Positions 55,611 through 63,898 of a stretch of 64,000 nt of DNA are shown here, one piece after another. Source of the DNA: an uncultured Candidatus Saccharibacteria bacterium. Its GTDB lineage: Bacteria > Patescibacteriota > Minisyncoccia > Phycocordibacterales > JACOZG01. Each line of letters opens with the position of its first letter. Positions within the stretch are counted from its first letter, which is position 1. Position numbers and translations under genes: made by a program. The notes beneath the pieces were generated by a model. It had not been told where the DNA came from and did not search any database. It saw nothing but the letters and a program-made list of their open reading frames with translations. The stretch lies in the NCBI GenBank assembly GCA_964360815.1, contig CAYHYA010000002.1, positions 1,371 through 65,370 on the forward strand, read 5' to 3'.

Positions 55611-56390
55611 TTATGGAGGATACAACACGTTGCCAACCGAATACTGATCTTCCCCTGTGGATGGAGTGAGGGAATCTTTTTGTTCTCTCCAAAGAAAATA
55701 TTTTGAACCATCCCATTTATAGGCCCGATAGACTTTCTTATTGATCACATCAAGCCGATTTTCTGCTAATCCAAGAAAAATGTTGTAGGGTTGAACAATT
55801 TCTGGAATACCGTCTTTGTCCACATCAAAAATTTTCGTCATGCTTTCCTCGCCACCAAAACCTACATAGTTGGATTCTTTTCCGTCTGGTCTTATGTGTA
55901 TGAGATATGGGGTAATCATATCAAAACCGTCACTATTCCATTTGTAGATATACAGGGTTTCGCCCTTGTCATTATCCCATAGAGCAAGGATCTCGTTTAC
56001 ACCATCACCAGTAAGATCAGACACGCCCACCTTTGATCTTGGGTCAGAAATATCTTCTGTGCTTTCCCATATAAGTTTTATTTTTTCAAATTCTTTTTCC
56101 TCAAAAACCAATATTCCTTGCTGGTGGTGGGTAATAATAAGATTCTTTGCCCCAGTTTTAGTTAAAGAAAATCTCTGGTAATCTTTCCCTTTCGTAGCAA
56201 TCACGTGGTCAATCCGATTTTGTCTGTCTATTGGGTAATATAGTTCAGGTTCTCCCACCACGGGGGTGAACATGGCCGTAGAGGTTGCTGTGTCTTGCAC
56301 GTCTGGTTTTCTTGAATCAAACAAAAAATATAGACCAGCACCCAAGAGAATTATTATTCCCCACGATACGGCTATTTTGATTTTTGACAT
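55611..56390 (-). CDS. Membrane-anchored FG-GAP-like repeat protein, paralog 3
   Basis: N-terminal TM. SDLTGDGVNEILAL and FDVDKDGIPEIVQ repeats. Diverged C-terminus KYFLWREQKDS... Confidence 0.55.
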   Translation of the reverse strand: MSKIKIAVSWGIIILLGAGLYFLFDSRKPDVQDTATSTAMFTPVVGEPELYYPIDRQNRIDHVIATKGKDYQRFSLTKTGAKNLIITHHQQGILVFEEKEFEKIKLIWESTEDISDPRSKVGVSDLTGDGVNEILALWDNDKGETLYIYKWNSDGFDMITPYLIHIRPDGKESNYVGFGGEESMTKIFDVDKDGIPEIVQPYNIFLGLAENRLDVINKKVYRAYKWDGSKYFLWREQKDSLTPSTGEDQYSVGNVLYPP

Positions 56391-56410
56391 GTTATTTTTT
56401 TACTCAATAA

Positions 56411-57211
56411 TCACCTAAACAACTCCTTAAATTCTGGTGATGTTTCTGCCACCTCTTTCCAGAGATAGTATTCGGAGCCGTTGAATTTGAAAACACTGGC
56501 GGACTGATGAATATCTTCGTAATCACCACTTTCATTTAGTGTAAGAACCTCTAAATTGCCATCATTTTCAAGATCAATGAATTTAACATCGGTGCCTGCC
56601 ATCCAACGATCGGATTCAGTCTCGGCCCCTGGATTTGGATTTATTAATTTAAATTCATCGTTATTCCATTGATAAATCCAGAATGTGGGAACAAGACGCA
56701 CTCCTTGCCACGCAATAAGCACGAGTTCATCAATTCCATCATTATTAATATCTTTGAATTCAGTGGTGCCCTTCATTGCTGAAAAATATTCTTTGCTTTC
56801 CCAAATAATTGAAAAGTGGTTATCCTTTTTTATAAAAACCAGTATGCCTCCTCTGTATGTTCCGCGTTCATCTTCGGGATGATTAGAATCTTGTCTCGAC
56901 TTATTTATGACCGTATCAGGACTATTCGGCATATAATAAACTGCGTACTTTTTTTCGCCATTTAATGTCGGGACTTTACTTGAAGAAAAAGCTGAATTAT
57001 ATTCAGAAAGGGGAACGGATTCTATGTAATTTAGCATATACTGTCTGGGGTGTTGCCAGTAGGACTTCTCGTCAAAACTGACCGACCAATGATTATTTGG
57101 AATTTCGGTTATCTCCTGTTTTACTTTAGTTAAGTAAAAAATCACCGCGATTATACAAAAAACAATAATAACAGCGGTCATACTTTTTCTCTTGTTAATC
57201 ATATATGCCAC
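56411..57211 (-). CDS. Membrane-anchored FG-GAP-like repeat protein, paralog 4 (conserved tail ...EYYLWKEVAETSPEFKELFR)
   Basis: N-terminal TM. FKDINNDGIDELVL and FIDLENDGNLEVLT repeats. Conserved 57-nt 3' end. Confidence 0.6.
   Translation of the reverse strand: MAYMINKRKSMTAVIIVFCIIAVIFYLTKVKQEITEIPNNHWSVSFDEKSYWQHPRQYMLNYIESVPLSEYNSAFSSSKVPTLNGEKKYAVYYMPNSPDTVINKSRQDSNHPEDERGTYRGGILVFIKKDNHFSIIWESKEYFSAMKGTTEFKDINNDGIDELVLIAWQGVRLVPTFWIYQWNNDEFKLINPNPGAETESDRWMAGTDVKFIDLENDGNLEVLTLNESGDYEDIHQSASVFKFNGSEYYLWKEVAETSPEFKELFR
56418..56474. repeat. 57-nt conserved segment, copy 2 (3' end of FG-GAP paralog 4)
   Basis: Near-identical to copies at 54439 and 59741, including synonymous positions. 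Confidence 0.8.
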
Positions 57212-58477
57212 TTAAATAAATTTTATAAACATCAATTGCATACTGCGGGTCACGATTGTACTGGAGGAGTGCCTCTTTTATTTTTTGTTCGTACGACCAG
57301 GCAGGATGTTGATTTTCAGCGACTCCATAGTAAAAGTTCAAGGTATGTACCCCCACTTTAATGTTTACGGATGGAATAAACAAATCTTCGACGGGTCTAG
57401 CCGGACTGGAGACGTCCTCGAAACCATTCCATCTAGCGGTCTCATAGAGTATTTGCATCAAACCATAACTAGAAGCCAGAATTAACTGGGCGGTATAGTT
57501 TAGATTGGGAGGTAAAGAGGTCCAATCGCGATTTGGGTTAGCCTTAACTATCTCTTGGGCGGTAGGATTAGAATTTGTGTTCGCAATATTGAGTTTAGGG
57601 AACGCATCTTCACGATGCCTCATAAAAATACTTGTGCTCATGTCCGACACTTGATCCCCATTTATAAAAGTTTCTCCTGGGACATTATGCCCTCCGAGTC
57701 GCCAGTGTTTTTCCGGAAACCCATGCAATCCACGCCAACCTTGCTCTTGTGGCAGCGTAGAATCAAGTTTTGAATACCAATTGTAATCAGTATGAATTTC
57801 ATATCTTATGGCTTTTGGTTTGAAATTACTCTCTTTTTTGATCACCGCCTTTATCAGGGCGGCGGGAATATCTTTTGTCGCGTTATCCATGATAATACCA
57901 TCAACATCATTGTTATTTCCCCTATCTCCCAGCGTGGTCTCTTCTATTCGCACCCCGACGCTAGCGTTCGTGCCGTAACCGGACCGAAGTAAGATGGGGC
58001 CGGTGACTTGGTCGAGCGGCGGGCGATCCGTTCTCACAATACCAGTTTCGTCCCACTCATGAATCGTGGTACCGGCGAGAGTGGAAGTATAGCGCGCGTG
58101 CCAATTTATAGATTGTCCGCGGATAAATGACTGATTTTTATTCGGCAAAATAATGTTGGCTATCAAATTCGGAAGAAGATGCTGCCGCCAAAAATTCTCC
58201 CAACCGTTCGGCCATTCTTCGACCGTATAGCCACCGTTCAGACCCTCACCAATAGCGTACGTCGCATCACCACCGGCAAAGTCAATGGCGAGATAAAATA
58301 AACCTTGCCAGTCGTTATAAGTGAGCGGCGCCGTCGGCGTGTAAATAATTTTACCGGCGGCGACGGCGTTATGGAAAGCGGTTTTGAGGGCTGATGAAAT
58401 AACCAGAGAATCGATCTCGCTATCATTCGCGGCGGTAATCTTTTTAGAATCGCCAAAAAGTTTTTCTATTCCGATTT
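57195..58477 (-). other. Promoter-less, start-less orphan C-terminal cassette: 503-bp segment identical to the large gene followed by an alternative lysozyme-like (SLT/GH23-like) C-terminal domain
   Basis: Frame is open from the TAA at about 58478 through 57195 with no ATG/GTG in the first about 110 codons. Residues ...KITAANDSEIDS...GTNASVGVRI are nucleotide-identical to 61309..61811. Downstream domain has IKAVIKKESNFKPKA (ES motif), SSYGLMQILYETA and YNRDPQY motifs. Confidence 0.6.
57944..58446. repeat. 503-bp direct repeat, copy B (identical to 61309..61811)
   Basis: Base-by-base comparison in the window. Identity starts at ...cgcaccccgacgctagcg and ends at ...cggcggtaatcttttta in both copies (offset 3365 bp). 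Confidence 0.85.
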
Positions 58478-59005
58478 AAATTTTTTGATCAAGTTTTCCT
58501 TTATGGCATATAGTTCATTACTTTTCTCTCTATCTTTCTCGGTATTATTGTCACAAAGTTCTTCATTAACTATCTGATTGTTGTTTCTGTAGGAAAAAGA
58601 GACAAAACTTGTGCAATTGGGATGGCTTATATCCCATATCTTCATTGCTATCTCATGTTCTGTTGTTATAGCAGAAAACGGCTTAATAGAGTATTCGAAG
58701 CTTAGTATAAATTCACTATTCACCATATCAAAAACATACTCATGTGATATGAGTGGTGGGTTAGGGTTAAAATCGTGAACAATTAAAAGACAAGTATTAA
58801 GTTTCGGACTATACCTGACAATTTTGTACTCCTTAGTGTTGGATAAACCTTTTTTATCATATAATTCATTGCACAAAATTGCCTGACGTATTAAATTGTT
58901 TTTTGGCAAGTAAAAAATAAAATAATAACTTAGGCCAATACCACTTAAGAAAATTCCCAGTACCATTAGAGAATAAACAAACTTTTTTATATTTAAATAA
59001 TTCAT
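58466..59005 (-). CDS. Hypothetical small membrane protein, very AT-rich
   Basis: 179 aa, N-terminal TM (LMVLGIFLSGIGLSYYFIFYL); about 30 % GC. Confidence 0.4.
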   Translation of the reverse strand: MNYLNIKKFVYSLMVLGIFLSGIGLSYYFIFYLPKNNLIRQAILCNELYDKKGLSNTKEYKIVRYSPKLNTCLLIVHDFNPNPPLISHEYVFDMVNSEFILSFEYSIKPFSAITTEHEIAMKIWDISHPNCTSFVSFSYRNNNQIVNEELCDNNTEKDREKSNELYAIKENLIKKFKSE

Positions 59006-59038
59006 GTTTAGGTTGGGTAATTAGTGAAAAACATGATC

Positions 59039-59710
59039 TCAATCCAATAATGACTTGATGTTTTCAATAGCAGTTCTCACAACTATATCTCTAAACTCAT
59101 CATAGGTTATTTTGAGGCTGAGAGCAATTTGGCGCTTTTTGTATGGTTTTCCTAAATATCCGAAGGTCATAAAACTCCAACTATTATAACCTTGATTCTC
59201 AAATTCGTTTTTCTGTTTTTTATCAAGGAAGCTAAAACTAAAATAATCTTCTCCGTGAACTGCTTTATTTCTTACTTCATAAAGTATCTTAATAATTGAA
59301 GAAAAAAGGAGTGTATGATGTCCTGGTTTTGTTAATGCTCTTTGGAAATCACACATCATTATTTTCTTGTCTTCAGGGAGAACAAGATCAAAAAATTTCT
59401 TTAGAGATTCAGAGGACTTAATCTTATTAATTCCAATCCGTTGTTTAGCAATAGATTCCGCTAAAGCCACCAAAAAAATAATTTTAAGAGCAGGTCTGTT
59501 GTTTCTCACTTTTTCCTGATCATCAGCTATTTGTGTATACCATTGAGCACAAAGAAGCATTCTACGAGTTTTTAATTTCCTTAAGCAATTTTTTATAAAA
59601 TCAGTCCTTTTGAATACTTCAGGAAAAACTATCTCTAAAAAAGTATTTAGTTCTGGATCCTCTAAAATGTCCTGTTTAATTTGGTTATCTAGTTTTTTCC
59701 AATCATTCAT
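59039..59710 (-). CDS. Hypothetical cytoplasmic protein with Rx4H (HEPN-like) motif, very AT-rich
   Basis: 223 aa. EVRNKAVHGEDY matches the HEPN Rx4-6H signature; otherwise no motif. Confidence 0.35.
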   Translation of the reverse strand: MNDWKKLDNQIKQDILEDPELNTFLEIVFPEVFKRTDFIKNCLRKLKTRRMLLCAQWYTQIADDQEKVRNNRPALKIIFLVALAESIAKQRIGINKIKSSESLKKFFDLVLPEDKKIMMCDFQRALTKPGHHTLLFSSIIKILYEVRNKAVHGEDYFSFSFLDKKQKNEFENQGYNSWSFMTFGYLGKPYKKRQIALSLKITYDEFRDIVVRTAIENIKSLLD

Positions 59711-59733
59711 TTTGTTTTTAAAAAATAATTAAA

Positions 59734-60489
59734 CTACTTAAACAACTCCTTAAATTCTGGCGATGTTTCTGCCACCTCTTTCCAAAGATAGTATTCGGTG
59801 CCGTTGAATTTATAAATAAACACCAGTGCTTTTTCGTTTTCATCTCTATAACCAACAGCAATTTCCTGGATTTTGTCATCATCAATATCTCTAATATAAG
59901 CAAGTTCGGCATCGCCAACCAAAATAGTCCATCCGTATTTAATTTTTATTGAAGATACTGTTGATTCTTGAATTTCAATTGGTGTAATAATTTTGAATTT
60001 ATCACTCGTAAATTTATAGACATAGAAGGCACCACTTCTTCCTGTCACTCCTAGATCTCCGGCCCAAACAATTTCATCAATTCCATCGTTGTCAATGTCT
60101 AAAAAACTCACATATGGACTATCGATGTAATCTTCACTTTCCCAGAATAAGACGGGTTGGTTGTTGACAAGCTTAAATACAAGAATTCCACCAAACATCC
60201 GTCCAGGTTTATTGTTTAATGAACCATCAAGTCGGTATGTTTCGCTGTATCCAGTTAATAAGTATGTTTCGCCATTAATTTTTGTTGTTCTTAATTTGTC
60301 AGGATGTTCCATCGCATCCTGTATCGCTATCTCTCTATTACTTAATTCTTCTTTTTCTATTATTGGTTGGGGAATATTGTCGGGATCCTTAATGGTTGGA
60401 GAGACTTGTGAGTGATTAAAAAATATCAAAACTAATAAAATTATAATTCCGCCGGCGTAAATAATATTTTTGAGTGTTAGATATTTCAT
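59734..60489 (-). CDS. Membrane-anchored FG-GAP-like repeat protein, paralog 5 (conserved tail ...EYYLWKEVAETSPEFKELFK), immediately downstream of the large effector-like gene
   Basis: N-terminal TM. FLDIDNDGIDEIVW and IRDIDDDKIQEIAV repeats. Conserved 57-nt 3' end. Start set at internal ATG (MKYLTLKN...) to avoid overlap with the upstream gene. Confidence 0.6.
   Translation of the reverse strand: MKYLTLKNIIYAGGIIILLVLIFFNHSQVSPTIKDPDNIPQPIIEKEELSNREIAIQDAMEHPDKLRTTKINGETYLLTGYSETYRLDGSLNNKPGRMFGGILVFKLVNNQPVLFWESEDYIDSPYVSFLDIDNDGIDEIVWAGDLGVTGRSGAFYVYKFTSDKFKIITPIEIQESTVSSIKIKYGWTILVGDAELAYIRDIDDDKIQEIAVGYRDENEKALVFIYKFNGTEYYLWKEVAETSPEFKELFK
59741..59797. repeat. 57-nt conserved segment, copy 3 (3' end of FG-GAP paralog 5)
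   Basis: Near-identical to copies at 54439 and 56418. Confidence 0.8.
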
Positions 60490-60493
60490 ATGA

Positions 60494-63400
60494 TTATTTA
60501 TAATTACTCGTATAAATTCGACATACATCTGGTCTATACAGTGGGCCAGAATTATAACGCCTCAAGGCTTCACTCCACCCAGCACAATTATCATTGGGGA
60601 CGAGCTGTCCACCACTCCTAATAAATTTACTTTTCAAAATAGCGGCCGCCGCCTCTACACCCAACTCGACATCATCAACAAGACTGTGGGGACTATGATA
60701 GTCTTTCATAACCAAATTACCTTCTGGATCCTCCACTTCGGTTGCTTCGGCATACATCACATGACCCAATCCATAACTGGAAGAGATCAAGAATTGAGGT
60801 GTGAAATTACCGGTAAAGCCCGCAGGGTTACCAAAAGCTGGCCAACCTTGGCTCGTACGTCCGTTATCAATATCGCGGTCGTTCGCATAAAGTTCGGCTA
60901 CAGTAATGGGAATTTTATCATGGGGTGTTCGATCCGTCATTATAATTCCTCGATATTGCCAGCCCCCGTTTCTTGTATTCTTAAGAGTGGTGCGATAATC
61001 TCTCGGTAAAGAACTCACTCGTGGTCCATCCAAAAGGGTTGACCCTTGGGAGTTTTTCCCAGCCAGAACGTAGTAAGAAAATGGTAAATTATCCATACCA
61101 ATTGATGGATTGGGACCTGAAAAATTTTCATAATCCCTCTTGGGTTCATAACGAGAGGTTCTGGGATCAAATATTCTATCTGTTTGCGTTTCTTTGTGAA
61201 TAATTGCCTTAAGTATTCCAGGGGGAATACCATATTTGTTAGCATTATTAGTAATTTCTACATCATACATGTTGTATACATTTCCAATCTTCATCTCTTC
61301 ATCCTCAACTATCCGCACCCCGACGCTAGCGTTCGTGCCGTAACCGGACCGAAGTAAGATGGGGCCGGTGACTTGGTCGAGCGGCGGGCGATCCGTTCTC
61401 ACAATACCAGTTTCGTCCCACTCATGAATCGTGGTACCGGCGAGAGTGGAAGTATAGCGCGCGTGCCAATTTATAGATTGTCCGCGGATAAATGACTGAT
61501 TTTTATTCGGCAAAATAATGTTGGCTATCAAATTCGGAAGAAGATGCTGCCGCCAAAAATTCTCCCAACCGTTCGGCCATTCTTCGACCGTATAGCCACC
61601 GTTCAGACCCTCACCAATAGCGTACGTCGCATCACCACCGGCAAAGTCAATGGCGAGATAAAATAAACCTTGCCAGTCGTTATAAGTGAGCGGCGCCGTC
61701 GGCGTGTAAATAATTTTACCGGCGGCGACGGCGTTATGGAAAGCGGTTTTGAGGGCTGATGAAATAACCAGAGAATCGATCTCGCTATCATTCGCGGCGG
61801 TAATCTTTTTAAGCGTTACGCCCGGAAACTCGCCGGCCGCGACCAGCTTCAAGCCCTTCACCGTGGCCACCGCTTCAACGTCAAAATCATTTTCAAAAAT
61901 ATCGGACTCGTCTTGGGAGGCCTGAAGACCGAACAACGCCGCAAATTCTTCAAGATGAGCGTTGGCCTCTTCGTCGAAACGATTGAAATATCGCACCTTG
62001 GCAAAAGAATCTATGCGTAAACCTTGCCAGTCGAAAGAATAGGGTTCGCTCTCATCAAACACCACTTCGAGCCCGTTAGACACCGTGGCTCGAGTGGCGG
62101 TGTGGGTGAAAGCGCCACCGATGATGTCGGTGAGTTCCTGTTGCGTTTCGGCTAGTCGGTATAAATAATCCACGGCCGTCCGATAAAGTTTCTGATCTCT
62201 CACCAAGCTCGTACTGCCGCCGTCTTCGGCCGATCTTTGATCGGGCGATACCACCCGGTCAGTATTGAAGGCGAGCGCGTCCGTACTGCCGGCAATAATT
62301 TTCTGCTCGTGCGTGGCGGGAATTTCCGTCCTCATGTCACCCTCTTCATCTCGAACCGGAACGGCAAACTCTATCGAATACGACTCCGCGCGGCCGAGCG
62401 TGGAGGCGGCGCGGCCGAGAGCCACGACTCGACCGTTGATTTTCAGGGTTGGTTTAACCTCAACTAGCGCGAGTGGCACAACGTCATAGATGGTGTCAAA
62501 ACTATCAATGATCGTCTGGTCTTCAGGTGTCGCCGGATCGTGAGTCACTAATATCTCGTTATCAGCTAGATCAGAAACATAGGCCCGGTGATCAAGGATT
62601 ACATTTTCTTGCTCGTTTTTGATGGTGAATCTGATCGAATGACGGAAGGGAGTCGGAACGTAGGCGTCAACACCTAAAACGGTAACGATTTTATACGGCA
62701 ACGAGCCGGGAATAAAATCAAGATTTTGCAATTTAGGATATGAACGCGTCAGTGCTTCGGTATAGGTTAAGTCAGGATAATACTCCGGGCGAGCCGAGGT
62801 GAGAGATAGTTCTACTTCTCTTTTGAATGCTTCTAGTGGTTCCAGATCGCCGTAGTCGCCCGCAAGATAACGATCAAAAAATTCTTCCGTGATAAAACCC
62901 TGGCCCTTCAGGTGTTCGACGACATCAATAAAACGCTCGTAATAATATGCATTGATGCTCGGCTCTAGTGGCACCCACTGGGCGATGCCGCCGTCATTCG
63001 GATCAGCTCCGCGACTGTAGCCGTAGGGTATATGCGCCTCGACATAAGTATGTTCAACCACGAAAAAATACGGTTCGTCATTGAGAGTGTAAAGGGTGTA
63101 GGGAATTTTTTCGAGTGACAGAATCCGAGCGGCGGCAATGGGCGAGTCAACGCCCAACCAATCAGTCATCGTTCTCAAGTTAACTTTGATGTCGGCGCGA
63201 CGATAACGAGCCGGGACCCCGCTCGAGCGAAGCATGGCCACCAGCAACGAGGCTTTGTCCATGTCGTTGCCCGCCCGCTCGAGCAGGGTGGCATGAGCCC
63301 CCTTCTTTGATCCAAAATACGGCACGTGGCTAACTTCGTTTCGGACAAAATTGAGCATTGCAAGCGGATCGTGGTTAAGCTCGTCAGCTTTGTTTTGAAT

Positions 63401-63898
63401 GGCTGGCGTAAATTTGATCTCATCGCCTTCCCCGAGATAATTGAGCGGATCACCGACCGAATCGATTGGCCGAGCTGATGAATTTACCATGCTTTCTGTT
63501 TCTTGAAACACGGCCACCGGCCTCGTGTTGATTCGGCCGGAAAAAGTTTCGACTCTAAACGGCTCCTGTTCAGTGAGCCGGCCGATGGTCGGTTGAACCG
63601 GAACTTTTTTCTGACGGGCGCTTGGCTGGCGCGCTTCATACGCATTAAGCCGATCAAGGGCCACCGACGGCAGATGGCTAGCCAAAAGATGTTGCCTAAC
63701 CGCCGCGAGTTGTGCTGCCTTAGAGAGGTTGGGATTTTTCTTGAATTTGGCATTGCCACCGACAGTCTGTGAAGATGAAATATTTTTAATTACCGGGTTC
63801 TCAATCAGGGGCAAGGCCTCCATCACGGGGGCCACCGGTGTTAGAGCAAACGAAAAAAGCAAAAGGGCTGACGGAATCTTTATGTCTAATCCCCTCAT
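60494..63898 (-). CDS. Large secreted multidomain protein: transglutaminase-like fold (Cys replaced) plus C-terminal lysozyme-like (SLT/GH23-like) domain, putative peptidoglycan-targeting effector
   Basis: Probable signal peptide MRGLDIKIPSALLLFSFALTPVAPVMEA (start chosen at 63898; an upstream in-frame ATG at 63988 exists near the window edge). ATLLERAGNDMDKASLLVAMLRSSGVPARY resembles the transglutaminase-like core with Cys replaced by Asp. C-terminal IPPGILKAIIHKETQ...SSSYGLGHVMYAEA...YNSGPLY parallels SLT motifs. Confidence 0.6.
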   Translation of the reverse strand: MRGLDIKIPSALLLFSFALTPVAPVMEALPLIENPVIKNISSSQTVGGNAKFKKNPNLSKAAQLAAVRQHLLASHLPSVALDRLNAYEARQPSARQKKVPVQPTIGRLTEQEPFRVETFSGRINTRPVAVFQETESMVNSSARPIDSVGDPLNYLGEGDEIKFTPAIQNKADELNHDPLAMLNFVRNEVSHVPYFGSKKGAHATLLERAGNDMDKASLLVAMLRSSGVPARYRRADIKVNLRTMTDWLGVDSPIAAARILSLEKIPYTLYTLNDEPYFFVVEHTYVEAHIPYGYSRGADPNDGGIAQWVPLEPSINAYYYERFIDVVEHLKGQGFITEEFFDRYLAGDYGDLEPLEAFKREVELSLTSARPEYYPDLTYTEALTRSYPKLQNLDFIPGSLPYKIVTVLGVDAYVPTPFRHSIRFTIKNEQENVILDHRAYVSDLADNEILVTHDPATPEDQTIIDSFDTIYDVVPLALVEVKPTLKINGRVVALGRAASTLGRAESYSIEFAVPVRDEEGDMRTEIPATHEQKIIAGSTDALAFNTDRVVSPDQRSAEDGGSTSLVRDQKLYRTAVDYLYRLAETQQELTDIIGGAFTHTATRATVSNGLEVVFDESEPYSFDWQGLRIDSFAKVRYFNRFDEEANAHLEEFAALFGLQASQDESDIFENDFDVEAVATVKGLKLVAAGEFPGVTLKKITAANDSEIDSLVISSALKTAFHNAVAAGKIIYTPTAPLTYNDWQGLFYLAIDFAGGDATYAIGEGLNGGYTVEEWPNGWENFWRQHLLPNLIANIILPNKNQSFIRGQSINWHARYTSTLAGTTIHEWDETGIVRTDRPPLDQVTGPILLRSGYGTNASVGVRIVEDEEMKIGNVYNMYDVEITNNANKYGIPPGILKAIIHKETQTDRIFDPRTSRYEPKRDYENFSGPNPSIGMDNLPFSYYVLAGKNSQGSTLLDGPRVSSLPRDYRTTLKNTRNGGWQYRGIIMTDRTPHDKIPITVAELYANDRDIDNGRTSQGWPAFGNPAGFTGNFTPQFLISSSYGLGHVMYAEATEVEDPEGNLVMKDYHSPHSLVDDVELGVEAAAAILKSKFIRSGGQLVPNDNCAGWSEALRRYNSGPLYRPDVCRIYTSNYK
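61309..61811. repeat. 503-bp direct repeat, copy A (inside the large gene, at the trunk/C-terminal-domain junction)
   Basis: Identical to 57944..58446. Confidence 0.85.

Noticed and set aside
58238-58456. 72-aa ORF MAILKRLPPRMIARSILWLFHQPSK... and its twin at 61603..61791 with identical sequence
   Set aside because: Both lie on the coding strand of the 503-bp repeat but in a non-coding frame. The identity is a by-product of the nucleotide repeat, not an independent conserved gene.
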